Under the pieces are notes generated by a model. That model was not told the DNA's origin. It ran no database searches and saw only the letters and a program-made list of their open reading frames with translations. Below are positions 1 through 9,140 of a DNA stretch of 64,000 bases, in pieces; position 1 is the first letter of the stretch; every line of letters starts with the position of its first letter. The position numbers and the translations under genes are program-made. The stretch is from Parcubacteria group bacterium (GTDB taxonomy: Bacteria > Patescibacteriota > Patescibacteriia > Buchananbacterales > UBA6539). Location: positions 149,607 to 213,606 of the forward strand of contig NYZP01000001.1 in assembly GCA_002687175.1 (NCBI GenBank), in the 5' to 3' direction.

Positions 1-531
1 CATCTTTGGCGCCACTCAAATCTAGACCAGCGAAAACTTTATATTCATTGGTTTGCTTATAATCTTCAATTAGGTTAGCCACGGTTTCTCTTAATCGATG
101 CCTTAAAGTAATATTAGTATAATCAGTAGACTTGTAGTTACGAATATCTTGATAGGTCAATTTATGAATGTAGTTAATAATTGTCTCAGCTGATAAAGCT
201 AAGCCGTTGCTATTGGTAATCTCTCCTTCGTCACGAATCATATCAATCAACTGATGGTAATCTTTGGCTTGACTAAAATCAACAACTTTACCTTCTTTAT
301 TTAAAAAGTCTTCCTTTTTCAGTTCTGGTGGCGCATTTTTCCCAACTTCTGCGGCTGGCTTTTTTTTCTTTCTCTCGGCTTCCTCGATATGCGCACTGAG
401 ATCTGGAACACCCCACTTTTGATCAAGTTCTGCTTGAACTTCTTCAAGATTTAATAATTCTTCTTCTGTTGGCTGAGCCTTTTCTGGTTCTTGTTCAGCT
501 AATGCTTGTCCTCCCTCAATGCTTTTTTGCA
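1..531 (-). CDS. Hypothetical protein, N-terminal part; the gene runs off the window start
   Basis: Open minus-strand frame with ATG at 529-531 (plus CAT). Translation begins MQKSIEGGQALAEQEPEKAQ..., acidic and Lys-rich. It is absent from the ORF track because it is truncated by the window edge. No recognisable motif. Confidence 0.3.
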
Positions 532-620
532 TATAGTTAAATTTTATTAAGTAAAACTAATTAAAAAATAACACAAAATTAGTCTTTTTTCAAGACTAAA
601 AATTATAAGAATTATCTCTA

Positions 621-1844
621 TTAATCTAATTGCTGTCTTAAATCAGTGATAGCACCAAAATAAGTTTCTTTATTTTCTTCAGCAATTCCTTTACTTGGAG
701 GGAATACCTCGCGTAACGGATTTATTTTGGTGCCATACTTGACCATCTCATAATGTAAATGGGGTCCAGTAGAAAGTCCAGTTGAACCAACATAACCAAT
801 GGTTTGACCTTGAGAAACTTTTTGACCGTAACTAACAGCTAAACGTGACATATGGGCATAATTTGTTGAGTAAGTGCCATTATGATGAACACTGACTTTA
901 TTTCCATAAGATCCATCCCAACCAGCAAAAGATATAGTGCCATCACCAACTGATCTGACCGGCGTACCATAAGTAGCAGCATAGTCAATGGCTCGATGAC
1001 CAGTAGAAATATTAAAGGCGGAAATGTATCGACTGCCAGTGGTAAACCCCGAGGTAATGTATTTAAAAGCGACCGGTGCCTTTAAGAATATTTTTTGAGC
1101 TGAATCACCGTTTTGGTCAAAAAAGCCTAAATTGTCTTCTGACTCTTGGTAGTAAAAAGCATAAAGTTCATCACCGTCATTAACAAATTTACCCGCTAAT
1201 ACCTGACCCGGCATAATATATTCACCATCAAGATATCGCTCTTCATATATAAATTTAAAAGTATCACCTTGACGAACTTGCCAAACAAAATCAACTGTCC
1301 ACTGAAAAGCTTCGGCAAAGGCAATCACCGCTCGCTCATCAATACCCTTAGCTAAAGCCGCTTCATACATTGAACTGTCAATTACTCCCTCGGCCGTAGC
1401 TATTTTAATTTCATAAGGTATGGCAATTCTGGCAGCCGACCAAATTGGGTCTGAAGAAGTTGCTGTTGTGCTTGTCCTAACTGTTTGACTGACGTATAAT
1501 TTTTCTTCACTGTCAATCTGATAAACTAATTGTTCAAGTTCATCGCTTTGCTTATTGTAAATTAAGTCAATGGTTCGGCCCAATCTCACTTTGCTTAAAT
1601 CATAAACGTCTTCAGCTGCCGTAAAAATTAACTGCCTAGTGCTAGTGGGAACTCGCGCCTCTTGCATTAAAATACCATAGGTTGACCCATCGGTAATTTC
1701 TATTTTTTTAGTATAGGTTAATTCTGGCTCTGGCTCTTTATCAGTAATACTTGAATCAGCTCCGGTGGTATTTGACTGCCAAATAAAAAATGCCAGGGCT
1801 CCCCCGACAATCAATAATATTATATTTAGCTTAGAAAACTTCAT
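621..1844 (-). CDS. M23 family metallopeptidase (LytM-like) with N-terminal transmembrane anchor
   Basis: C-terminal HRAIDYAA...GDG...HHNGTYSTNYAHM...GYVGSTGLSTGPHLHYE, the HxxxD plus HxH pattern of M23/LytM peptidases. N-terminal hydrophobic helix. Confidence 0.8.
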   Translation of the reverse strand: MKFSKLNIILLIVGGALAFFIWQSNTTGADSSITDKEPEPELTYTKKIEITDGSTYGILMQEARVPTSTRQLIFTAAEDVYDLSKVRLGRTIDLIYNKQSDELEQLVYQIDSEEKLYVSQTVRTSTTATSSDPIWSAARIAIPYEIKIATAEGVIDSSMYEAALAKGIDERAVIAFAEAFQWTVDFVWQVRQGDTFKFIYEERYLDGEYIMPGQVLAGKFVNDGDELYAFYYQESEDNLGFFDQNGDSAQKIFLKAPVAFKYITSGFTTGSRYISAFNISTGHRAIDYAATYGTPVRSVGDGTISFAGWDGSYGNKVSVHHNGTYSTNYAHMSRLAVSYGQKVSQGQTIGYVGSTGLSTGPHLHYEMVKYGTKINPLREVFPPSKGIAEENKETYFGAITDLRQQLD

Positions 1845-1903
1845 AGATCCTCATTATATCAACATTTCAAAAAACCGTCTACAACCTTTAATTAAATGAG
1901 AAA

Positions 1904-2815
1904 CTATTTTCTGGCTAACTGATTAACTGGAAAAGTAACTGTTACTTGAGTACCGGTACCTCTAATACTTTCTACCGTAATACTACCATTCATTAACTCA
2001 ACCAACTGTTTTGTGATCCAAAGTCCTAAGCCAGTGCCTTGAATAAACTTTGTTTTAATACTTTTTACCCTAAAAAATTTCTCAAATAATTTCTGCTGAT
2101 TTTCTGGAGACATACCGATGCCGGTATCTTTTACCTCAATGGCTACTTTGTTATTAACAACCTGAAGACTTACATCAACCGAACCTTTCTCGGTATACTT
2201 GATAGCATTACCAACAATGTTAATTAATATTTGTTTTAATTTATCAACATCAATATTAATTTTAGGAATACTGTCTTTAGCGCTAAAGTTTAATTTTAAC
2301 TTTTTGTTGTGGGCAGTTAATGATAGTTCATCAACGACGTCCTGAACTATCGCCGTAGGTACAACATTTTTAGAATTAAGTTGAATACGTCTTTGCTCAA
2401 TACGAGAAACATCCAATAAATTTTCTACCAAGTCACCTAAACGATTAGCCGAGGCCATAACTTTTTGGATTGCTGGTTTCATTTTGCTACTGACTTTACC
2501 TAAACTACCTTCCAGAATCAATGATAAATAGCCTTTGACCGCCGTAATTGGCGTTCGGAGTTCATGGGAAGCCATAGAAATAAATTCATCTTTCATTTGA
2601 TCAACCTCTTTAATTTTTCGATACAAGGTAGCATACCCCCAAAGCCTAGTACTAACTGCTAAAAATAAAATAGTAATCAAGATAGTCAAAGCTAACGAAT
2701 AAAGTGAAGATCTCCAAGTTAAATTAGCCAGATTATGAACTACTTGGGAAGATAAAGTGAGGCTTAACAAGGCCACTTTATTATTTTGGCTATCTACCAG
2801 TGGTAGAGAAATCAA
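1904..2815 (-). CDS. Sensor histidine kinase: TM helix, HisKA and HATPase_c (the catalytic portion)
   Basis: H-box SMASHELRTPITAVKGY and G-box GTGLGLWITKQLVELMNGSITVES. The ORF track uses a TTG start. Confidence 0.8.
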   Translation of the reverse strand: MISLPLVDSQNNKVALLSLTLSSQVVHNLANLTWRSSLYSLALTILITILFLAVSTRLWGYATLYRKIKEVDQMKDEFISMASHELRTPITAVKGYLSLILEGSLGKVSSKMKPAIQKVMASANRLGDLVENLLDVSRIEQRRIQLNSKNVVPTAIVQDVVDELSLTAHNKKLKLNFSAKDSIPKINIDVDKLKQILINIVGNAIKYTEKGSVDVSLQVVNNKVAIEVKDTGIGMSPENQQKLFEKFFRVKSIKTKFIQGTGLGLWITKQLVELMNGSITVESIRGTGTQVTVTFPVNQLARK

Positions 2816-3297
2816 CCAAAATCTCTCATCCTGCTCTAAAATTTCTGGGTTTACTTCCTCGCCGACTGAGGATAAGAGAAGCGAATTAGTTGCTAAAGCA
2901 TCATTACCTGTCTGTTGCCAGGCAAAAGTGTAATAATAAAAATTAATAACTTGGTTAATCGCTTCTGGCTTAGCACTGGCAATTACTTTAAAATCTGATC
3001 CTTGGGCACCAGGACCTGGAGATTTAAGATGTCCGGGCTAGCACCGCTAATTTCTTCAACCTTTTGTTGCAATAATACCTGATCATTAACACCATCTTTG
3101 ATAAATGTTGAAAAAATCCGGCCGACTAAAAGTCCTCGACGTTGCAAAGAAATATCAATCGTTTCGTTATAACGATTAATAATAAAAATGGCATTAAAAA
3201 TAATTACTAAAGGAATGAGTATAATTTAAAAAACTCCGTAAATAAGTTGAAACCGTTCATCACCCAGTAAAACTTTTATTTTTGAAGTGATTTTCAT
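1904..3297 (-). pseudogene. Disrupted full-length sensor histidine kinase; the N-terminal TM1 and periplasmic sensor part is broken by an in-frame TAA and a frameshift
   Basis: The minus strand from the ATG at 3295-3297 reads MKITSKIKVLLGDERFQLIYGVF, then TAA, then a TM helix IILIPLVIIFNAIFII and ~60 aa of sensor sequence. Around plus 3030-3045 the frame shifts. The shifted frame continues in-frame into the kinase ORF (..KSPGPGAQGSDFKVIASAKPEAINQV..ERFWLISLPLVD..). Confidence 0.5.
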
Positions 3298-3299
3298 GT

Positions 3300-5852
3300 T
3301 TACTCAACACCTCCATCAATTATCCCACCGGTAGTTTCATTGCTTGGACTACTTTTACGAAATTTAAGAAAATAAACAAACAACACGATGCCAGCGATAG
3401 TAAAGATAAAAGCCAATATGATGTAAATAAAAATTTGTTTACTTTGAGCACTGCTACGGGCAGATCGTTGAGCGGCAATAAATTCTTCTGGTGAAACCGC
3501 TTTAGCTTCTTCAATCAAAAAACTCAACGGATTACTCTTAGCAATAATCTTGCCTGTATTATCATTAACTGTCAGATAAATTTCGTGCTTACCGTCAACC
3601 AATGATCGTTGTAAGGTATATTCCCAGTTACCAAACTTATCTACATTGACCGTTACTACCAGAGGTAAATCACTATAAATATAAAGCGTCACGACACTAT
3701 CAGGAAAAGCTAATCCAGAAAATTTTTGGACTGTTATCCCCTCGGCGGCAAGTTTCACATCTTCAACATTTGTCACAATTAATTGACGGGAGATTGCTCC
3801 AGCTACTTTCGGCTGCTCGATGATTGCTTTATTAACTAACGCCTGCTCTGCCGGGGTTAAGTTGATTAGTAGATCACCACCGCCAGAGGGATTAAGATTT
3901 TTTCTTAATTCATCACCGTCAATAAACCCATCAGAATCAGTGTCCGCCAAAAATGGATTTGTTCCCAAACGACGTTCAATTTCATCGGATACTCCATCAC
4001 TATCACTATCAAAAATAATTACTGCCGAGGGAGTTTGCACTATTTCGTCGCGTTCGTTTAATAAAACCTGACTAACAGATGGTAGCAAAGTTATATTTGT
4101 GTCATCTTCAATAACAATTGGTACAAAATTTTCTATGCTATCTTCGGCCACTTCCTCGGTAACCTTTTGCAGGGTTACCGTTTGATTATTATTTTCTAGA
4201 ATTATTTCTTCAATAATTTGGTTCTGCTGCTGAATAATAATAAGATCATTTAAATGTCGTTCACGAAGTGCTCGGCTACATGTTTGGTCGTCCAGACCAT
4301 TGCAAGTAACGTCTGTTGCGTAGGTTTCTAAAATATGATCTTGACAAGCATCCACATCTGTTTTATCGGCCAAAGAACATTCTACATCAAGATATTGTTC
4401 ATTTAAATACTCATCACAGACACTCTGGTCAAGGATATTTGCACTCAAACATTCAGGTGATAAATAAAGTCCCGCTAAATAAATATCACAATCATCAACT
4501 GAACTAATATTTGCCTGACGACATTCATCTGGCAAAAAAGTATTTTTCAAAAACTGGTCACACTGTTCTTGATTTGTTATATTTGCTTCGATGCATTGTT
4601 GAGGAAGTAGGTTTTCTGGTGAGTCATCAATTAGTTGATTACTAATCTCAAATAAAAATCTGTTACAAGCATCGAAATCTACAATACCAGCAATAGCACA
4701 CTCTTCGGCAATCTCCGGATTAACCCTGTCCGGTTCTGGTTCTGGTTCCGGCTCTGGTTCTGTAGTTGATTCATTAAATTCCGTATCATCTTCCGGACTG
4801 TCACAATCAAAATCAACTAAATCGGTGTACCCATCACCATCGTTATCAAAACCGTCGGAACACTGTGTTGTTGTCTCTGGTTCTGGCGGTGGCGGTGGCG
4901 CTTCGGTTGGTTCATTAAACTCGTTATTATCTTCCGAATTGTCACAACCTGGATCATTAAGATCTATCAAGCCATCACCATCATTATCAATATAATCTGC
5001 ACAGGCAGTAACAAGAGTCGTAATAACATTTTGAATGTTAAAATTAATCTGGCTGCTAGCAAAATCTGGCGGATCATTAATAATCGCTTCGGCCAATAAA
5101 TTGTATGAACCGTCAGAAACACTATTAGTATCATATAAAATTTCCCAGCTTTCATCAGCTAACTGACTGGCAGAGCCAAGTGGTATATTACCAATACCAC
5201 TGACTAAAACAAAAGACAAAGAGTCAACTGGAATATTTGTTTCAGCATTAAATATTGTAATACCAGAAACTGTTGCTTCATTAACTGGTTCTTTAATTGT
5301 CACAGCAAGAGATTCCGTGATTGGGTTAGAAACTTCAACTGAAATTGGATCACTCCGGTAGGGGGATCCATCACTATCATCATAGGCAACTATAGTTATT
5401 GAGTAAGATTGATTAATCTCTCCTTCTGTCGACCAAACACCCTCCCAAAAAATATCATTCAAAGTTGTTGAAAGACGATAAACGCTTTCAGATTCTATCT
5501 CAAATTCAACATTTATCGGTTCTATCCCAAAAACTGTTGCCGAAAGTTCTTCTAGACCGGTGAGGATACTACCCTCAATTGGTGTTATAAAGGTAAATTC
5601 AACTGCGCCAGAACTAGAAAAACTACTTACATCAAACTCCTCATTATCTTCCAGGCTGACACAACCTGGATCATCTGGATAATCAATGAAACCGTTACCA
5701 TCATTATCAATGCCGTCTGTGCATTCGGTAAGTGTATTAGTACTTTGGGCAAATAAAATAGGGGTTGGTAAGACCCCAAATAAAGTAGCCAAAACAGCTA
5801 ACAAAAAAATAAAAAAAGTTGTATAAACTAGCTTAGATACAAACCTACTCAT
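3300..5852 (-). CDS. Large secreted/cell-surface protein with signal peptide, Asp-rich Ca-binding-type repeats, five tandem ~22-aa Cys repeats and a C-terminal TM anchor
   Basis: N-terminal signal MSRFVSKLVYTTFFIFLLAVLA. Three copies of C-x-DG-x-DNDG-x-G-x-x-D...PGC, a PEPEPEPEP linker, DTDSDGFIDGDE (thrombospondin-3-like) and repeats of C-x9-11-C-D-x-(F/Y)L. C-terminal hydrophobic helix plus basic tail. Confidence 0.6.
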   Translation of the reverse strand: MSRFVSKLVYTTFFIFLLAVLATLFGVLPTPILFAQSTNTLTECTDGIDNDGNGFIDYPDDPGCVSLEDNEEFDVSSFSSSGAVEFTFITPIEGSILTGLEELSATVFGIEPINVEFEIESESVYRLSTTLNDIFWEGVWSTEGEINQSYSITIVAYDDSDGSPYRSDPISVEVSNPITESLAVTIKEPVNEATVSGITIFNAETNIPVDSLSFVLVSGIGNIPLGSASQLADESWEILYDTNSVSDGSYNLLAEAIINDPPDFASSQINFNIQNVITTLVTACADYIDNDGDGLIDLNDPGCDNSEDNNEFNEPTEAPPPPPEPETTTQCSDGFDNDGDGYTDLVDFDCDSPEDDTEFNESTTEPEPEPEPEPDRVNPEIAEECAIAGIVDFDACNRFLFEISNQLIDDSPENLLPQQCIEANITNQEQCDQFLKNTFLPDECRQANISSVDDCDIYLAGLYLSPECLSANILDQSVCDEYLNEQYLDVECSLADKTDVDACQDHILETYATDVTCNGLDDQTCSRALRERHLNDLIIIQQQNQIIEEIILENNNQTVTLQKVTEEVAEDSIENFVPIVIEDDTNITLLPSVSQVLLNERDEIVQTPSAVIIFDSDSDGVSDEIERRLGTNPFLADTDSDGFIDGDELRKNLNPSGGGDLLINLTPAEQALVNKAIIEQPKVAGAISRQLIVTNVEDVKLAAEGITVQKFSGLAFPDSVVTLYIYSDLPLVVTVNVDKFGNWEYTLQRSLVDGKHEIYLTVNDNTGKIIAKSNPLSFLIEEAKAVSPEEFIAAQRSARSSAQSKQIFIYIILAFIFTIAGIVLFVYFLKFRKSSPSNETTGGIIDGGVE

Positions 5853-5898
5853 ATATTTACTTTATTATAACAAAAAACAGTAAAATTATCGACTATTA

Positions 5899-5927
5899 TT
5901 GACAAATTCCAAATATCATGATACTAT
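5899..5927 (+). promoter_or_regulatory. Sigma70-like promoter, TTGACA-N17-TACTAT
   Basis: TTGACA at 5899-5904, a 17-nt spacer, TACTAT at 5922-5927. AAGGAG at 5966-5971 lies downstream. Confidence 0.45.
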
Positions 5928-5953
5928 TGAATGTTGTTAAATAGCAACATAAA

Positions 5954-6247
5954 TTGCAACCTAAAAGAAGGAGTGATTACAATGATCCAAATTTCATGAT
6001 CGCAAATATCGTCGACTCTATCGTCGATTTCGTTGACAACTGGGTATGGATTTGGCTGATCGCTTCGGTCGCCTCGGTGTTGCTAATGCTGGCTTGTAGT
6101 AACGCGTGGGAAAAACTTGAGGACAAAAAGCATCAGCCTTTGCTGTGGGGCACTTGGACCTTCGGATTCCTTCGATTACCGTTCAGCATCTTGCTCATTG
6201 TTTCCGTTTATATCAACCTTATCAGGGCTTATGTCTATGTCGCCTAG
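5954..6247 (+). CDS. Small two-TM membrane protein of atypical (higher) G+C; the real start is probably the ATG at 5996
   Basis: Frame open from a TTG at 5954. Two hydrophobic helices (WVWIWLIASVASVLLMLA; FGFLRLPFSILLIVSVYINLI). Codon usage is GC-rich relative to its neighbours. It is preceded by a mini-ORF MIQIS whose TGA stop overlaps the ATG at 5996 (ATGA). Confidence 0.5.
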   Translation: MQPKRRSDYNDPNFMIANIVDSIVDFVDNWVWIWLIASVASVLLMLACSNAWEKLEDKKHQPLLWGTWTFGFLRLPFSILLIVSVYINLIRAYVYVA

Positions 6248-6278
6248 CGCAACCAATCGCCCTGAACAATGTTTATAG

Positions 6279-6330
6279 GCTGTCTCTAAGGAGACAAAAA
6301 CGACCCGCCTGTTAAGTGGTCGTTTTTTCT
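6279..6330. terminator. Bidirectional intrinsic terminator between convergent genes
   Basis: Hairpins GTCTC-taagg-GAGAC and AAACGACC-cgcctgttaagt-GGTCGTTT, followed by TTTTTT (6323-6328). Confidence 0.55.
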
Positions 6331-6350
6331 TTTATAATTTTCTGACTAAT

Positions 6351-7190
6351 TCAGGAATATTGACCGCGTTGATCTTCTGGTAGCATCTCGGCAATAACCT
6401 TTGCAACCTGATCAGCTTGTTTTTTTAGTTCTTGATGAACTTGGCTAAATTGTTCTCTTTCTTCTGGGCTAATTTTTTCACGATTTTTTCTTTTTTCTAA
6501 AACCTCCTCGATAATACTAACGTCAGTCTCCGGTAAATCAATAATATCTCCAACGTGATAGATAGCCTCTGCTCTCTTGGCTACACCCTTGGCCAATTCA
6601 AGTGGTCCTTCTAAATTAATTGAACCGCCTTCCAGTTCTAAGGCAGTGGGAATGATTTTAGCTCCGGTTTTGTGTGCTAAATATACTGAACCAATTTTTG
6701 GATCTTGCATTTCCTCTTCAAGGGTGAAAGGATGAATAGCCATCCAGGGGGTTTTGCCGTCTTCAATTTGTTCGGAAAGTAACTTAAAATCGTCAGGATT
6801 AAAAACTCCATGTTTCCCCTTTTTGGTTTTTTTATATTGTAAAGAAGTGAATTGATCTTTACCGGCTAGTCTAAAAAGCACTTCTTGTGGCGTTGCACCA
6901 CGCAGAACTGATTCGGTAGTAATCTGAATATCGAGTTTATCTCCTAAAGCTTTAATTGCCGCGGGGGCATCAAGGTTAGAAATATGTGAAGACGCCACTA
7001 TAAATTTCGAATCCGGTTCAACTTCCTGAATTTGTGTTAAATTTTCCTTACCATCAACCGTAAATTCCTTACAAAAAAGACCAAGAACTTTATCAACTTT
7101 ATTGCGTAAAGCCTCGTTAGTAACATTACTTTTTGCCTCTTTTGGTTGATTAGCTTCTGGAGGAATATAACTGGGAGTCTCTGGAGTCAT
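6351..7190 (-). CDS. Putative lysophospholipid/glycerolphosphate acyltransferase family protein (HX4D motif)
   Basis: VASSHISNLDAPAA contains H-x4-D. No other strong motif. TGA stop. Confidence 0.35.
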   Translation of the reverse strand: MTPETPSYIPPEANQPKEAKSNVTNEALRNKVDKVLGLFCKEFTVDGKENLTQIQEVEPDSKFIVASSHISNLDAPAAIKALGDKLDIQITTESVLRGATPQEVLFRLAGKDQFTSLQYKKTKKGKHGVFNPDDFKLLSEQIEDGKTPWMAIHPFTLEEEMQDPKIGSVYLAHKTGAKIIPTALELEGGSINLEGPLELAKGVAKRAEAIYHVGDIIDLPETDVSIIEEVLEKRKNREKISPEEREQFSQVHQELKKQADQVAKVIAEMLPEDQRGQYS

Positions 7191-7205
7191 ATTTTTCTAT
7201 ATTAA

Positions 7206-8789
7206 TTAAAAATCTTTCTTATGTCTAACTATTTTTTGATAATTAATAGCAAACCGATGAGCTTCGTCCCTGATTCGTTGCAAAAGCTTCAACGAGTCGG
7301 CTTTCTTGCTTAATCTTAACGGAAATTTACTATATAAAGTATAAATCTCCTCATTTTTCTTGGCAAGGGCAATTAGCGGAACATCTTGCAGACCTAATTC
7401 CCTTAAAGACTGCTTGGCTGCTGAAAGTTGCGGCTTACCGCCATCCACCATCACCAAATCTGGCATTTTTGATTTTTCTTTGGTGATTTTATAGTAACGA
7501 CGAAACACAACTTCTTTCATCGCATCAAAATCTGATTGACCACGAACAGTTTTAACTTTAAATTTGCGATAATTATTTTTATCGGGCTTGGCATCTTTAA
7601 AATGAACCATAGAACCAACTACTCCAGTTGGTCCAAGGTTAGAAATGTCAAAGCATTCAATTATGCGTGGCAACTTTGGTAAATTTAATTTATTTTGTAG
7701 CTCCAGTAAGCTGGAATCGCCGGCGGTTAAGTTAACTTCAATATTTTTCTTAACCATCTTTAACAATTTTAACTTGTCACCTTTCTGTGGCACAAACAAC
7801 ACCACTTTACTACCAGACAACTTTGATAAATATTTATTAATCACTTCAGCGTCAGCAAACTTAACTGGCACGATGATTTCTTGGGGAATGTCATTACTGT
7901 AATAAAACTGTTTGATAAACTCTGCTACTTCCTCGACCACACTACGTCCAGGAAGCTTTTGTAATTTAAACTCTTTACGACCAGAAATTATGCCTTTATT
8001 GATGTTAAACAGTTGTACAACAATTTTGTTCACTATTTCTAAGTAGTTGATAACGTCTTGATTATATCTTTTTTGCAGCTGAACTTTTTGACGAATAGCT
8101 AAATTTTCCAAAGCATTGATCTGATCACGACGCAGTTTGGCCAGCTCATACTTTTTCTGGGTAGAAAACTTTTTCATTTCTACTGCTAAATTTTTAACTA
8201 ACACTTTAGTATCACCTTTAAGTAGCAAGATTGCCTTGGCTAAATTATTTTGATAATCTACTTCGCTCATCTTTTGAACAAATGGTACCGAAGAGCTATG
8301 GTAATGATAAAGCTCACCCACCTTTTTTACTTTACCACCAACCCGTAACTTAAACAGTTGATTGGCTAACCGGATGGCATTTTGTCTGGCCGACCCAGAC
8401 GTATATGGTCCAAACACTTGATCACCTTTTTTTATCACTCTAGTCACCACCAAACGAGGAAAAAGTTCCGTCGTCACTTTAATATAAGCGTAGCAGACGC
8501 TGTCTTTAAGTTCAATGTTGTATTTTGGTTTATGTTGACGGATTAATCCGGCTTCAAGCAGTAAGGCTTCAACTTCATTGTCAGTTATTATAAATTCAAC
8601 GTCATTAATCTGTTTCACTAAGTCTTTAGTCTTAGCATCTTGATTTTTTGAACGAAAATAAGATGGAACACGCTTAGCTAAACTTTTTGCTTTACCAATA
8701 TAAATAACTTTACCCCCAGCATTTTTAAATAAATAACATCCTGGCTGCTTAGGTATTTTTTTTAATTTAGTTTTTAATAATTTTGTCAT
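7206..8789 (-). CDS. uvrC: Excinuclease ABC subunit C (UvrC), short form
   Basis: N-terminal GIY-YIG (GCYLFKNAGGKVIYIGKAKSLAKRVPSYF). C-terminal RDEAHRFAINY endonuclease motif. Confidence 0.85.
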   Translation of the reverse strand: MTKLLKTKLKKIPKQPGCYLFKNAGGKVIYIGKAKSLAKRVPSYFRSKNQDAKTKDLVKQINDVEFIITDNEVEALLLEAGLIRQHKPKYNIELKDSVCYAYIKVTTELFPRLVVTRVIKKGDQVFGPYTSGSARQNAIRLANQLFKLRVGGKVKKVGELYHYHSSSVPFVQKMSEVDYQNNLAKAILLLKGDTKVLVKNLAVEMKKFSTQKKYELAKLRRDQINALENLAIRQKVQLQKRYNQDVINYLEIVNKIVVQLFNINKGIISGRKEFKLQKLPGRSVVEEVAEFIKQFYYSNDIPQEIIVPVKFADAEVINKYLSKLSGSKVVLFVPQKGDKLKLLKMVKKNIEVNLTAGDSSLLELQNKLNLPKLPRIIECFDISNLGPTGVVGSMVHFKDAKPDKNNYRKFKVKTVRGQSDFDAMKEVVFRRYYKITKEKSKMPDLVMVDGGKPQLSAAKQSLRELGLQDVPLIALAKKNEEIYTLYSKFPLRLSKKADSLKLLQRIRDEAHRFAINYQKIVRHKKDF

Positions 8790-8826
8790 CAGTTTTATAT
8801 TTTTTATCTTAACACAGCAATTTTTA

Positions 8827-8855
8827 TTGACAAACCCAAATAGATATGATATACT
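8827..8855 (+). promoter_or_regulatory. Near-consensus sigma70 promoter, TTGACA-N17-TATACT
   Basis: TTGACA at 8827-8832, a 17-nt spacer, TATACT at 8850-8855. Confidence 0.45.
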
Positions 8856-8907
8856 AATGGTAGTAGATGTTCATCAATGTTTTTATATACTACTGGAGGA
8901 TTTTCTC

Positions 8908-9027
8908 ATGCATACGGACAGCTACTATCGCACATTTGGTAGGCAAAAACGCAGTCCACTCGATTTTTCCTTCGGGATTTATCACTTCTTCAGAAATTGG
9001 AGAGAAATAATTGGACTAAAGCCATAA
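8908..9027 (+). CDS. Candidate small basic/aromatic protein of 39 aa (or sRNA) with its own promoter, SD and terminator
   Basis: GGAGG at 8895-8899 is 8 nt upstream of the ATG at 8908. Product MHTDSYYRTFGRQKRSPLDFSFGIYHFFRNWREIIGLKP. Followed by the hairpin AGCGTC-tctcgaca-GACGCT plus a T-run. Confidence 0.3.
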   Translation: MHTDSYYRTFGRQKRSPLDFSFGIYHFFRNWREIIGLKP

Positions 9028-9140
9028 ATCCGAATGGATCCACTCGGCACAAAGCGTCTCTCGACAGACGCTTTTGCCATCTGTAAAATACAAGACGCCT
9101 ATTATTAAAAGGCTGTTTTTTTATTTCATTATCATTTGCT

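Noticed and set aside
3320-5155. Several 60-85-aa ORFs (3320..3514, 3820..4071, 4316..4507, 4967..5155) inside the 850-aa surface-protein gene
   Set aside because: They are nested within or antisense to a long ORF with clear repeat structure. They show no RBS or domain signal.
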